A stretch of 64,000 nt of DNA. It comes from Desulfovibrionaceae bacterium. GTDB lineage: Bacteria > Desulfobacterota > Desulfovibrionia > Desulfovibrionales > Desulfovibrionaceae. The stretch is from the NCBI GenBank assembly GCA_031550605.1, contig JAVBOK010000018.1, forward strand, positions 23,284 through 87,283. Direction: 5' to 3'. The notes under the pieces are model-generated. The model saw only the letters and a list, made by a program, of their open reading frames with translations. It ran no database searches and had not been told where the DNA came from. A program made the position numbers and the translations under genes. Below, piece by piece: positions 36,687-46,683 of this stretch (the first letter of the stretch is position 1; each line of letters starts with the position of its first letter).

Positions 36687-37646
36687 TTACCTGATGATCC
36701 CGCGCCGGAACAGGCCCTCGAAATAGGCGATGGTCCGGGTCAGGCCCACGCGCAGCGAGGTTTTCGGTTCCCAGCCGTAGCGTTCGCGGGCCAGGGTAAT
36801 GTCGGGCCGGCGCTGGCGGGGATCGTCGGCGGGCAGGGGCTCATGGATGACCGCCGATCCGGAGCCGGTGATTTCCAGCACTTCCCGCGCCAGTTCCAGC
36901 ATGGTGAATTCGCCGGGATTGCCCATGTTCATCGGGCCGGGAAAGCCGTCGCCGTCGGCCGTGAAGCGCAGCATCAGCTCCACCAGATCATCCACGTAAC
37001 AAAAGGAACGGGTCTGCTGCCCGTCGCCGTAGATGGTTATCGGCGCCCCGCGCAAGGCCTGCACGATGAAATTGGACACCACCCGTCCGTCGTTGGGGTG
37101 CATGTACGGACCGTAAGTGTTGAAAATGCGGCCCACCCTGATCTGCAGGCCCGACTGGCGGTGATAGGCGAACATCAGCGCTTCGGCGCAGCGTTTGCCC
37201 TCGTCGTAGCAGGACCGGCTGCCGATGGGGTTGACCCTGCCCCAGTAGCTTTCGGTCTGGGGGTGCACTTCCGGGTCGCCGTACACTTCGGACGTGGATG
37301 CCTGAAAAATGGGAATGCGCAGGCGTTTGGCCAGGCCCAGCATGTTGATGGCGCCGTGCACGCAGGTCTTGATGGTCTGCACCGGGTCCACCTGGTAATG
37401 GATGGGCGAGGCCGGACAGGCCAGGTTGAAGATCGCGTCCACCTCCACCACCAGGGGAAAGGTGATGTCGTGGCGCAAAAATTCAAAATTCGTCTGCGGC
37501 AGAAATTCCGCTATGTTGTCGCGGCAACCGGTGAAAAAATTGTCCACGCACAGCACATCCGCACCCTGTTCCAGCAGGCGCTTGCACAGTTCCCGGCCCA
37601 GAAACCCGGCCCCGCCGGTGACGAGGCAACGTTTTTTCAGATGCAT
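36687..37646 (-). CDS. UDP-glucuronate decarboxylase (UDP-xylose synthase)-like SDR
   Basis: Motifs include [23 protein letters not shown], and YDEGKR (catalytic YxxxK). Sequence pattern and length (319 aa) are typical of UXS-type extended SDRs. Confidence 0.8.
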   Translation of the reverse strand: MHLKKRCLVTGGAGFLGRELCKRLLEQGADVLCVDNFFTGCRDNIAEFLPQTNFEFLRHDITFPLVVEVDAIFNLACPASPIHYQVDPVQTIKTCVHGAINMLGLAKRLRIPIFQASTSEVYGDPEVHPQTESYWGRVNPIGSRSCYDEGKRCAEALMFAYHRQSGLQIRVGRIFNTYGPYMHPNDGRVVSNFIVQALRGAPITIYGDGQQTRSFCYVDDLVELMLRFTADGDGFPGPMNMGNPGEFTMLELAREVLEITGSGSAVIHEPLPADDPRQRRPDITLARERYGWEPKTSLRVGLTRTIAYFEGLFRRGIIR

Positions 37647-37765
37647 CCGCCCCCCCTTCCGAATGTCCTGTTAAAAACGCTTTTCCGCAAAAGGTCAATG
37701 CGCGATTGCCTTTCCGGAAAAATCACCCTATTGCAGGGGCAAATCCCTCTGTTCAGGAATAGCCC

Positions 37766-39769
37766 ATGCCCCTGCTCAAAGAACTCGTCGTCATCTTCTG
37801 CCTGTCCATTGCCGTCATTTACGCCTGCACCCGCATCAAGATTCCGCCCATCGTGGGCTTTCTGCTGACGGGCATGGTTTGCGGCCCTTATGGCCTGGGC
37901 CTGGTCAGCGCCGCGCATGAAGTCGAAATACTGGCGGAGGTGGGCGTGGTCATGCTGATGTTGTCCATCGGCATGGAACTGTCGATCAGCGAACTGATAC
38001 GCCTGCGCAAACCTGTGTTTCTGGGCGGATCCCTGCAGGTGGGCCTGACCATCGCCCTGATCACGCTGATTGCCGTCGCGGCCGGAGCGCGCACGGGGCA
38101 GGGCATCTTTTACGGCTGCCTGGCGGCGCTGTCCTCCACGGCCATCATCCTGAAACTGCTGCAGCAGACCGGCCAGATAGAAAGCCCTCACGGCCGCATC
38201 ACCTTGTCCATCCTTATCTTCCAGGATCTGGTCATCGTGCCCATGATGCTGGCCGTGCCCCTGATGGCCGGCGCCGCCGCCGCGGGCGGCGGGGGCAATG
38301 CCCTGGGCATGATGCTGTCCGGCGTCCGGACCCTGGGCATCATCGCCGCCCTGTTCCTGCTGGCCCGCAAGCTGGTTCCCCTGGCTCTGGCCATGGTGGT
38401 GCGCACCCGCAGCCGCGAGCTGTTTCTGATCGCGACTCTCGGCATCTGCCTGTCCATCGCCTGGCTGACTTCGCTCCTCGGCCTGTCCTTGTCGCTGGGC
38501 GCGTTCATGGCCGGGCTGATCGTTTCCGAATCGGAATACAGCCACAGCGCCCTGGAGGGAGTGCTGCCCTTTCGTGACGTGTTCACCAGTCTTTTTTTCA
38601 CCTCGGTGGGCATGCTGCTGAATCTGGAATTCTTCATCCACAACCTGCCCGGAATCGCGGAAATGGTCTTTGTGCTGCTGGCGGTGAAAGCCGTCATCGC
38701 GGCCCTGGTCACCGTGATCCTGGGCTATCCCCTGCGGCCGGCCATCATTACCGGTCTGGCCCTGTGCCAGATCGGGGAATTCTCTTTTGTGCTGGCCAAG
38801 GTGGGCCTGGACGCCAAACTGATGTCCCCCGACGGGTACCAGAGCTTTCTGGCCGCCAGCATCATCACCATGGCGGCCGCGCCTTTTCTGCTGGCCGGAT
38901 CGCGGCGTTTCGCCGACGCCGTCGCCTGTTCGCCCGCTGCCTTCCGCCTGCTGGGCGAACATGCCGCGGCAGTGACGGAATGCGCGGAACCGGAAAGCGA
39001 GCTGTCGGACCATCTGATCATCATCGGTTTCGGCGTGGGCGGCAAATACCTGGCCCGCACGGCGAAGATGGCCGGCATATCCTACACCATCCTCGAAATG
39101 AACCCCGACACCGTGCGCGCCTATGCCGCCAGGGGCGAACCCATCAGCCACGGCGACGCCACCCATCCGGCGGTGCTGCGGTCTCTGGGCCTGCCCAAGG
39201 CGCGGGTGCTGGCCATCGTCATTTCCGATCCGACGGCCGTGCGGGGGATTACCGAAACGGCCCGCCGCATGGCGCCGGCCGTGCATAGTCTGGTGCGCAC
39301 CCGCTTTCTGGGCGAGATCAACGCCCTGAAAGAACTGGGGGCCAGCGACGTGATCCCCGAAGAGCTGGAAACCGCCGTGGAAATTTTTACCCGCGTCCTG
39401 TCGCGCTACCTTGTGCCGCGCGGCGATATCGAACATTTCGTGAACGAGGTGCGCGCGGAAAATTACGACATGATCCGCAAGCTGGACCTGCCCGGGACCA
39501 GCCTGGGCGCGCTGCAGAAACATCTGCCGGGCCTGAACGTCACGGCCCTGCGCGTCGAATCCGGTTCCCCTCTGGACGGGCGGACTCTGGAACATTCCGG
39601 CCTGCGCCGCGCAATGAACATGACGGTGGTGGCCGTGCTGCGCGGCGAGGAAACCTTCGCCAACCCCGACGGTTCTTTCCAGCTGGCCGCCGGCGACGTG
39701 GCGTACGCCTTCGCTTCCGCCGACAGCGTGGCCCGGGCCGCGCCCCTGTTCAGCGGGCCGGGGGGATGA
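37766..39769 (+). CDS. CPA2-family cation:proton antiporter with TrkA-N and TrkA-C regulatory domains
   Basis: A TM domain (PPIVGFLLTGMVCGP...) is followed by IIIGFGVGGKYLA (Rossmann) and a C-terminal TrkA-C-like region (VTALRVESGSPLDGRTL). Confidence 0.82.
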   Translation: MPLLKELVVIFCLSIAVIYACTRIKIPPIVGFLLTGMVCGPYGLGLVSAAHEVEILAEVGVVMLMLSIGMELSISELIRLRKPVFLGGSLQVGLTIALITLIAVAAGARTGQGIFYGCLAALSSTAIILKLLQQTGQIESPHGRITLSILIFQDLVIVPMMLAVPLMAGAAAAGGGGNALGMMLSGVRTLGIIAALFLLARKLVPLALAMVVRTRSRELFLIATLGICLSIAWLTSLLGLSLSLGAFMAGLIVSESEYSHSALEGVLPFRDVFTSLFFTSVGMLLNLEFFIHNLPGIAEMVFVLLAVKAVIAALVTVILGYPLRPAIITGLALCQIGEFSFVLAKVGLDAKLMSPDGYQSFLAASIITMAAAPFLLAGSRRFADAVACSPAAFRLLGEHAAAVTECAEPESELSDHLIIIGFGVGGKYLARTAKMAGISYTILEMNPDTVRAYAARGEPISHGDATHPAVLRSLGLPKARVLAIVISDPTAVRGITETARRMAPAVHSLVRTRFLGEINALKELGASDVIPEELETAVEIFTRVLSRYLVPRGDIEHFVNEVRAENYDMIRKLDLPGTSLGALQKHLPGLNVTALRVESGSPLDGRTLEHSGLRRAMNMTVVAVLRGEETFANPDGSFQLAAGDVAYAFASADSVARAAPLFSGPGG

Positions 39770-39811
39770 CGCGGGCCGCATGGACGGATCGCCGTCCTTC
39801 GGGACATAACG

Positions 39812-39850
39812 AAAGGCGGCTGCTTTTGCCCGGCAAAAGCAGCCGCCTTT
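39812..39850. terminator. bidirectional terminator between convergent genes
   Basis: AAAGGCGGCTGCTTTTGCC-c-GGCAAAAGCAGCCGCCTTT, a nearly perfect 39-bp palindrome flanked by A/T runs. Confidence 0.7.
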
Positions 39851-39883
39851 CCGTCGCGGCGGCGAAGCCCGCTCCGCGCCCCC

Positions 39884-41608
39884 CTATTCCACCTCCATCC
39901 CGGCCCGGCGCACCGCGGTCAAACCGCCGGACACCACGCGCGAATTCGTGAACCCGCACTCATCCAGGACCAGCTGCGCCTCATACGCCCGCAGACCCGT
40001 ATTGCAGACCAGCACCAGAGAGGTGTCTTTGGGGATTTCCGCCAGATGGTCGCGCAACAAATCCTGGGGGATGTTCGTCCACTCTTGCGGATGCGCGCTT
40101 GCAAGCCCTTCGGCGCTGATCCGGTCGCGGGCGTCCAGAAAGAAAGCCTTGCCCTCCGCCCGGTTTTCCCACAGCGTGATGAACTCCTGCGGGTCCATGG
40201 TCCGCAGGCGCCCCTCCAACATGTTTTCCGCCGCGTTGCCCAGGGTGTTGATCGCGTCCATGGCCGAAGCAAAGGGCGGGGTGTAGATCAGTTCCAGGTT
40301 GGAAAGGTCCGCCACCGCGCCGCCGGAAGCCAGGTACGGAGTGACCGCGTTGATGCGGCCGGTCAGGGCGTCGCCGTCCGCGCTTACCCCCTGGATGCCC
40401 AGGATGCGCCGGGTCGGCCGGTCCACCACCAGTTCCAGGGACAGTACGGCGTGTTCCGGATAAAAGTGCGCCCGGTCCAGATATTCCACATGCACGGCGG
40501 CCGCGTCATACCCGGCCTGTCTGGCCGCTGCCAGGGTCAGGCCCGCCCCGGCCGCGCTCTGGTCGAAGAGCTTTACGCCCCAGGCCCCCGCCGCGCCGGG
40601 AAAACTTGCCGCCGCGCCCGATTGCGACGCCAGGTTCGTGCCGATGACCCGGCCCTGGCGGTTTGCCTGGGACCCCAGCGGCAGCCAGAACGGTTTGCCC
40701 GTCACATGGTGGCGGATGGCCACGCAATCGCCGCCGCTGTAGATGTCCGGATCCGTGGTGCGCAGGTGCTCGTCCACCGCGATCAGTTTTTCGCCGTTGA
40801 TTTCAGTCAGCCCCAGGCCGGCGGAAGCGGCCAGTTCGGTATTCGGCGCAATGCCCGTGCCCAGCACGACCAGATCGGCATCCAGGACGTGATTTTCCGT
40901 GACCACCCGGGTGACGTGCCCGTTTTCGCCCTCAAAGCGCAGAACCTTTTCCCCGCAGTGCAGGCTGACCCCGTGATCCTCCAGATCCCTGGCCAGCATG
41001 CGGGCCAGAAGCGGCGGCATGGTCGCGGGCAGAAGCTGCGGCGCGAAATCCACCACGGCGGCCGGTATGCCCCACAAATCGCCCAGGGCCACGGCCATTT
41101 CCAGGCCCACCAGGGAAGCGCCCACCATCACGGCGTTCTTTACCCGGCCCCGGCTGACGGCGTCGCGGATGGCTTCCGCTTCTTCCAGGGTCGAGGCCGT
41201 GCTGACGCCAGCCAGTTCAAGGCCGGGGATCGGCGGCCGTTTCGGCCGGCTGCCCGTGGCCAGCACCAGCCGGTCATAACCGATATCCCGTTCCTGGCCG
41301 GTGTCCAGGTCGCGCACCCGCACGGTTTTCGCCGGACGGTCGACGGACAGGGCCTCCGTGCGGGTCAGCACGTCCACGCCCTTGACCCGGCGGAAGAAAT
41401 TCGCATCGCGCACCATGCCGTACTGGGTGGATTGCAGGTCTTCGATCCGGTTCACCTCGCCGGAAACAAAATAGGGAATGCCGCAGCCGCCGTAAGAGAT
41501 ACGGCCGCTCCGGTCGATCAGGGTAACCCGGCCTTCGGGCATCAGCCTCTTGAAACGGCAGGCGGCCTTGGGCCCCAGGGCCACCGCCCCGATAATGACG
41601 ATATGCAT
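39884..41608 (-). CDS. FAD-dependent pyridine nucleotide-disulfide oxidoreductase (CoA-disulfide reductase/NADH oxidase-like) fused to a C-terminal rhodanese domain
   Basis: ATG 41608 has AAGGAGG upstream. Motifs include IVIIGAVALGPKAA, the single redox Cys context YGGCGIPY, and a second dinucleotide fold VMVGASLVGLEMA. The C-terminal rhodanese loop is LVCNTGLRAYEA. Confidence 0.8.
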   Translation of the reverse strand: MHIVIIGAVALGPKAACRFKRLMPEGRVTLIDRSGRISYGGCGIPYFVSGEVNRIEDLQSTQYGMVRDANFFRRVKGVDVLTRTEALSVDRPAKTVRVRDLDTGQERDIGYDRLVLATGSRPKRPPIPGLELAGVSTASTLEEAEAIRDAVSRGRVKNAVMVGASLVGLEMAVALGDLWGIPAAVVDFAPQLLPATMPPLLARMLARDLEDHGVSLHCGEKVLRFEGENGHVTRVVTENHVLDADLVVLGTGIAPNTELAASAGLGLTEINGEKLIAVDEHLRTTDPDIYSGGDCVAIRHHVTGKPFWLPLGSQANRQGRVIGTNLASQSGAAASFPGAAGAWGVKLFDQSAAGAGLTLAAARQAGYDAAAVHVEYLDRAHFYPEHAVLSLELVVDRPTRRILGIQGVSADGDALTGRINAVTPYLASGGAVADLSNLELIYTPPFASAMDAINTLGNAAENMLEGRLRTMDPQEFITLWENRAEGKAFFLDARDRISAEGLASAHPQEWTNIPQDLLRDHLAEIPKDTSLVLVCNTGLRAYEAQLVLDECGFTNSRVVSGGLTAVRRAGMEVE

Positions 41609-41747
41609 AAAACCTCCTTGCGTAAACGGAGCCCTGGCCCCGCGGCGGCCGCGCCGCCCGCGCCCCGCCGGACAGAAGCCGTCGGGGGGGCCGGGGGCAT
41701 CATGCCCCCGGGGGTATGGGGGACAGCATCCCCCGTGGTCCCGCCAA

Positions 41748-42572
41748 TCACTCCAGCCCAAAAAATTTCTTCGCGTTGTCGCCGCAGCGTTTCCACAAGG
41801 CCGCCGGCTCCACTCCCAGGGTTTCGGCCATGGCGGTCACGGTAAAAGCCGTGTACGCGGGCTCGTTGCGTTTTCCCCGATACGGCATGGGCGCAAGATA
41901 GGGGCAGTCGGTTTCGGTCAGCAGGCGGTCTTCGGGGATGACGGCCAGGGCGGCGCGCAAGGTGCCATTGGCCGGAAAAGTCACCGGGCCGGGGATGGAC
42001 AGATGCCAGCCCGCGTCCACAAGGTACCGGGCCTGCTCCGCATTGCCGCCGAAGCAGTGCCAGAGCACGGGGTACCCGTGGAACCCCTCGTCCCGCAAAA
42101 TTTTCACGGTGTCGCCATAGGCCTCGCGGCAGTGGATCACCACGGGCCGCTTCAGATCGCGGGCCAGATGCAGCTGGTCGATGAACGCCGCGCGCTGCAC
42201 GTCCGGCGGGCAGTCTTTCCAGTAAAAATCCAGGCCGGTCTCGCCCACGGCCCGCAGACGGGGATCAACGGCGAACGCTTCGGCCGCGGCCCGCCGTTCC
42301 GCCGGCGTGTAGGCCGCGGCGTCGTTGGGGTGGACGGCCAGCAGGAAAAAAACTTCCGGCCTGTCGCGGAACAGTTCGCGGCCTGTCCGCCAGGCATCCG
42401 CGCTGAGAAAGACATTGCCGATCCGCTCCACTCCGGATTCGCGGGCGCGGTCCAGCACGGCGCCAAGATCCGCGCCGAAATGCTTCATATCCAGGTGGGC
42501 GTGGGAATCGACCCCGCACGGGGGAAGATTCAGGGACCGGGGCGAAGGGCCGGGGGGGTGGTGTTTGCTCAT
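41748..42572 (-). CDS. TatD-family metal-dependent hydrolase
   Basis: Motifs include VDSHAHLD, AVGETGLDFYW, VVIHCREA and LLTETDCPYL. Confidence 0.82.
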   Translation of the reverse strand: MSKHHPPGPSPRSLNLPPCGVDSHAHLDMKHFGADLGAVLDRARESGVERIGNVFLSADAWRTGRELFRDRPEVFFLLAVHPNDAAAYTPAERRAAAEAFAVDPRLRAVGETGLDFYWKDCPPDVQRAAFIDQLHLARDLKRPVVIHCREAYGDTVKILRDEGFHGYPVLWHCFGGNAEQARYLVDAGWHLSIPGPVTFPANGTLRAALAVIPEDRLLTETDCPYLAPMPYRGKRNEPAYTAFTVTAMAETLGVEPAALWKRCGDNAKKFFGLE

Positions 42573-42617
42573 CGAATGACACTAAGCATTTTTCGCAAAA
42601 AGGGGGGAAAATTTTTG

Positions 42618-43658
42618 TCAGGATCTGGCCGGAACCAGGGTCAACGGAAAGGACGCCCACAAGGCCTGCACGGTTTTCAACTGTTCCTCGCGGGAATAGG
42701 ACGCGGCGGTCAGCCTGCCCTGGGCGAGGATGACTTCCAGCACCGGGGCTTTGCAGGCGGCCAGGCAGACGGCTTCCAGCAGGGCGCGGGCGGCTTCGAT
42801 CACTTCGCCGTCGGGCACGAAAAAGCCGTTGCCCGACCAGGGCACATACCGCAGATCAAACGGCGGCATGTAGGCTGCCAGACGGGCGGGCCGCATGTAG
42901 TCCCAGCCGCCGAATCCGCTGAAGCCCACGGCCATGCAGCCGCTGGCCATGGCTTCCAGGGGCGGCAGGCCGATGCCTTCGGGAAAGCCCGTGCACAGGA
43001 AGATATGGCTTGCGGCCAGCATTTCCGCCACCCGCGCCGGCGGCTGGTTGTGGATTTCCACCCATTCCACGTCCGGAGCCCGTTCTTTGGACGCCCGCAG
43101 CGACGCCGTAACGATGCGGCGGATCTGCTCTGCCAGCGCCTTGTTTTTACGGGGCATCCAGGCGATGCGCACGCGGTCGTCCGGTTTCGATCCGGGCGCG
43201 AACAGTTCCGTATCGATCATGGGCCGCAGCACGCCGACCACGGGAAGGCCGGCCATGGTTTCCATGAACCAGGCCACGGGATGGGACACGGCCAGAAAGG
43301 AAACGGGCAGGTCCTGCCAGCGCAGATTGCCCGGCAGGGCGGAAAACAGATAGGCCCAGTTCTGCACGTATACCAGATTGCGGGCGCTGGCGTTGATGCC
43401 GGGGGCCAGCATGTTGGGCCAGCCTTCGGGCACCAGATAGCAGTCGTCGGCCGCCAGGCCCAGGCCGTTGCCGTTCCGGCCCCAGGGCAGCACGGTGAAG
43501 CCGGCCTCTTCGTGGGCGGCCAGGCCCGGGGCATTTCCCTTGACGGAGGTCAGGGCCACGGGCAGGTTCAGGGCCTGCAGCCGGGCCGCCAACTGATAAA
43601 GAACAGCCACGCCGCCGCTCATGCGGGGCAGAGGCGGAATTGCGATGACGGTGCGCAT
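42618..43658 (-). CDS. GT-B fold glycosyltransferase-like protein
   Basis: Start chosen at ATG 43658 (MRTVIAIPPLPRMSGGV...). It has a C-terminal E-x7-E-like motif (FPEGIGLPPLEAMASGC). Acceptor and donor are unknown. Confidence 0.55.
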   Translation of the reverse strand: MRTVIAIPPLPRMSGGVAVLYQLAARLQALNLPVALTSVKGNAPGLAAHEEAGFTVLPWGRNGNGLGLAADDCYLVPEGWPNMLAPGINASARNLVYVQNWAYLFSALPGNLRWQDLPVSFLAVSHPVAWFMETMAGLPVVGVLRPMIDTELFAPGSKPDDRVRIAWMPRKNKALAEQIRRIVTASLRASKERAPDVEWVEIHNQPPARVAEMLAASHIFLCTGFPEGIGLPPLEAMASGCMAVGFSGFGGWDYMRPARLAAYMPPFDLRYVPWSGNGFFVPDGEVIEAARALLEAVCLAACKAPVLEVILAQGRLTAASYSREEQLKTVQALWASFPLTLVPARS

Positions 43659-43824
43659 GACGTTGCCGCTTTGCTTGAGGTTCAGGGAATACAGGGTACT
43701 GCATTTCCGGCGGGTGTTCAATACGAGGAAAGAAAAACGGGAAAGAAGGCCGCACGGAAGGAAGAACGGCGCGGCCATGCGATCTTCCCGCCGCGCTTCG
43801 CGGCCCGGCAGGTGTGGAAAGCGC

Positions 43825-44436
43825 CTACAGCCGCTGGCGATACGTCAGGGACTGCCGCAGGGTTTCCCGGTCCATGAAGCGCACTTCCGCGCCCAGGGGA
43901 ATGCCCTGGGCCAGCCGGGTGACCCGGATATGCGGAAACCGCGCGGCAATGCGGTTTCTGATGAACGAGGCCGTGCTTTCCGCTTCCAGCCGGGTGCCCA
44001 GGGCCAGGATCAGCTCCTGCACCGCGCCTTCGGCCAGGCGTCTTTCCAGACGGTCCAGTTCCAGGGTGTCCGGGGTGATGTTGTCCAGCGGGGCCAGCAA
44101 CCCGCCCAGGATCAGGTACAGGCCTTTGTAAAAACCCCCTTCTTCCAGGGTCAGCATGCTGTCCCACTCGGAAACCAGGCACAGGGTTTCGGCGGACCGC
44201 GCGGGATCGGCGCACACGGCGCAGGGGTCCGCGTCCGTCAGCGCGCCGCACAGGGAACACAGGTGCAGATTGTCGCGCAGGTCGTGGATGGCCTTTCCCA
44301 GCAGACGGGTTTCCGCTTCCGGCCATTGAAGAAAGGTCATGGCGATGCGCAGGGCGGATTTCGGCCCCAGGCCGGGCAGCCGCGCGATCTGGCGGACCAC
44401 GTCCTGCAGGGGTTCGGGCAGACGGTTGGAACTCAT
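43825..44436 (-). CDS. recR: recombination protein RecR
   Basis: It has helix-hairpin-helix LPGLGPKSALRIA, zinc finger CSLCGALTDADPCAVC and a Toprim region. Confidence 0.92.
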   Translation of the reverse strand: MSSNRLPEPLQDVVRQIARLPGLGPKSALRIAMTFLQWPEAETRLLGKAIHDLRDNLHLCSLCGALTDADPCAVCADPARSAETLCLVSEWDSMLTLEEGGFYKGLYLILGGLLAPLDNITPDTLELDRLERRLAEGAVQELILALGTRLEAESTASFIRNRIAARFPHIRVTRLAQGIPLGAEVRFMDRETLRQSLTYRQRL

Positions 44437-44446
44437 GCGCCGCCGC

Positions 44447-44758
44447 CTAGAACAGACCGGGAATGCGCAGCCCGCCGGTCAGCGCGCCCATCTCGCCGGC
44501 GGCCATTTCGCGGGACCGGCGCAGAGCCTCGTTGACCGCGGTCAGGATCAGATCCTGCAGCATGTCCACATCGTCGGGGTTGACAATATCCTTTTCGATC
44601 CGGATGGACCGGATTTCCTGCCTGCCGGTACAGACCGCCGTGACCATGCCCCCGCCGCTGGAGGCGCTGACGGTTTTGCTGCCCAGCTCTTCCTGAATTT
44701 TCGCCAGCTTGTTCTGCATTTCCTGCGCCTGGCGCAGGATGCCTTCCATGTTCTGCAT
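44447..44758 (-). CDS. ybaB: nucleoid-associated protein YbaB/EbfC
   Basis: ATG 44758 has GAGGA upstream; the ORF-track start at 44770 is TTG. The sequence reads MQNMEGILRQAQEMQNKLAKIQEEL...GGGMVTAV..G, and the gene lies between dnaX and recR. Confidence 0.88.
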   Translation of the reverse strand: MQNMEGILRQAQEMQNKLAKIQEELGSKTVSASSGGGMVTAVCTGRQEIRSIRIEKDIVNPDDVDMLQDLILTAVNEALRRSREMAAGEMGALTGGLRIPGLF

Positions 44759-44916
44759 ACGTCCTCGCAACGGTATGGCAATGGCCGCGCGTCCCGCGCG
44801 GTTCGTTTGACGACATCCCCCGCACAGCCGGGGTTTGCAAAAATACGCCCGCGCCTCCGTGGCGGCCCGGGGACAAAAAAGACCTTGTCAGCGGCCCCGC
44901 CGCGCGGGACGCGCGG

Positions 44917-46683
44917 CTATTGCAGCGGTTCCGCGTTCCCGCGGCTGACGCCGTAATCCACAAGCCGGGCGCCCATCTCCTCTTCCAGCAGCCTGACGGC
45001 GGGGTGCGCGCGCACCTCTTCCCTGATCTCCGCCGGACTTTTGACCGGGGGCGGGGGCAGGACCTCAAGCGCCGTTCCGGAACCGTAATAGTCCCGGGCC
45101 AGAACGGCGAAGATCTGCCAGGTTTCCGGCTTTTCCAACTGGCTTTTGGCGAACGAGTTGGAAGGCGTGACCGCCAGGACCCCGTCCGCGAACGCTCCCG
45201 TCAGCGTGCGCACCATGCCCATAAAATCCCGCGCCAGGTCCTGCCGCTGTCCGCAGAAGCGCAAAAAAGCCTGCCAGGAGCAATCTTCCGGAACCCCGGC
45301 CCGCCCGGCGGAAAAATCTCCGGCGGAGGCGGGTCCCGGAGCGTCCGGAGCGGAAACTTCCGCCCCGGCGGAACGATTTTCGGCGTCCGCGTGGCCGGCG
45401 GGCGCATCCGGGACCGGAGGCTGCGCGGGAGAAGGAGATTTTTGCAGCCGGCTTTCCCCGGCCCGTGCCGTATCCGGACCGGGGGATCCGTTCGGGCCGG
45501 ACGCAGCGGATCCCGCCCCCGGAGCGGAAGGAGCCGCCGGAGCGGCCGCGCCGCCGCCCGGCCGCACCATGCGGGACAGGTCTTCCCGGGGCAGCAGCCG
45601 GGGCAGCATGGCGATGTTGAGCAGCAAAAGTTCCAGGGCCAGAGCCGGTTCCAGGCTGGTCAGCACCCGGCGCTGCCCTTCCAGGGTCATCTGCCAGGCC
45701 GCGTGGATGTGGGCCGGCCCGAACAGCGCGGCTTCATCCCGCCAGCGGGCCGCCTCGGCCGCGGGCAGATCCAGGGCGGCGGCGTCCCCGGCCTGGCGCA
45801 GGATGAACATGGTCCGCCAGGCCAGAGCCAGTTCCCGCAGAAAAAATCCCAGATCCAGGCCGGAATCGAGCATTTCGCGCACAAGGCCGACGATGGCCGC
45901 GGTATCGCCGCCGCGCAGATGGCCCATCAGAGAAAACAGCAGCTCCTGCCCGGCCAGGCCGAGCACGCCGCGGGCGTCCGCCTCCGTCAGTTTTTCGCCC
46001 CCCAGCGCCAGCACCTGGCCCAGCAGCGACATGGCGTCCCGCACGCTGCCCGCGGCCCGCCTGGTCAGAAGGCGCACGGCGGATTCTTCGAAAGGCACGG
46101 ATTCGGCGGTCAGCACTTTGGTCAGATGCGCTTCCAGCCCCTGTTCGGAAAGGCGTTTGAATACGTAATGCTGGCAGCGGCTGAGGATGGTGGCCGGAAA
46201 TTTGTGCGGTTCCGTGGTGGCCAGGATGAAGGTCACGTTGGCCGGCGGCTCTTCCAGCGTTTTCAGCAGCGCGTTGAAAGCGTCGCGCGACAGCATGTGC
46301 GCTTCGTCGATGATGAAAATCTTGTACCGCCCGTCCATGGGCGCGTACCCCACCACCTCTTTCAGGCGGCGCACGTCGTCAATGCCCCGGTTGGACGCAC
46401 CGTCGATTTCCACCACGTCCACCGCCGTGCCCAGGGTGATCTGGCGGCAGCGTTCGCAGGCGTTGCAGGGTTCCGCCGCGGGCGCATGCGCGCAGTTCAG
46501 GGCTTTGGCGAACACCCTGGCGATGGTGGTTTTGCCCACCCCCCTGGTGCCGCTGAACAGATAGGCCGGGGCCACCCGGTCCTCGGCAGCGGCGCGGGAA
46601 AGGATTGTCCGGACTGTTTCCTGCCCGGCGATGTCCGCGAAGGTCTGCGGGCGGTATCGGGCGGTAAGATTGGCATGGCTCAT
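44917..46683 (-). CDS. dnaX: DNA polymerase III subunit gamma/tau
   Basis: Motifs include the AAA+ P-loop GTRGVGKTTIARVFAKALNC, the zinc module CNACERC, and IFIIDEAHML. It has a long Pro/Ala-rich linker. Confidence 0.92.
   Translation of the reverse strand: MSHANLTARYRPQTFADIAGQETVRTILSRAAAEDRVAPAYLFSGTRGVGKTTIARVFAKALNCAHAPAAEPCNACERCRQITLGTAVDVVEIDGASNRGIDDVRRLKEVVGYAPMDGRYKIFIIDEAHMLSRDAFNALLKTLEEPPANVTFILATTEPHKFPATILSRCQHYVFKRLSEQGLEAHLTKVLTAESVPFEESAVRLLTRRAAGSVRDAMSLLGQVLALGGEKLTEADARGVLGLAGQELLFSLMGHLRGGDTAAIVGLVREMLDSGLDLGFFLRELALAWRTMFILRQAGDAAALDLPAAEAARWRDEAALFGPAHIHAAWQMTLEGQRRVLTSLEPALALELLLLNIAMLPRLLPREDLSRMVRPGGGAAAPAAPSAPGAGSAASGPNGSPGPDTARAGESRLQKSPSPAQPPVPDAPAGHADAENRSAGAEVSAPDAPGPASAGDFSAGRAGVPEDCSWQAFLRFCGQRQDLARDFMGMVRTLTGAFADGVLAVTPSNSFAKSQLEKPETWQIFAVLARDYYGSGTALEVLPPPPVKSPAEIREEVRAHPAVRLLEEEMGARLVDYGVSRGNAEPLQ

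Noticed and set aside
37637-39781. Very long antisense ORFs (for example 37637..39781 minus, 34326..36182 minus, 55235..57604 minus, 58868..61006 minus, 16124..17872 minus, 40046..41845 plus, 44920..46710 plus, 41550..43877 plus)
   Set aside because: They lie opposite genes with clear family motifs. Their products are dominated by Arg/Gly/Pro/His/Ala with no motifs, and they lack ribosome-binding sites. This is the usual open-frame artefact of high-GC DNA.
44917-46683. Programmed -1 frameshift site (A AAA AAG type) in dnaX
   Set aside because: I found no A-AAA-AAG heptamer in the coding strand. The only A-run (CAAAAATC) is not a slippery heptamer in the right frame.
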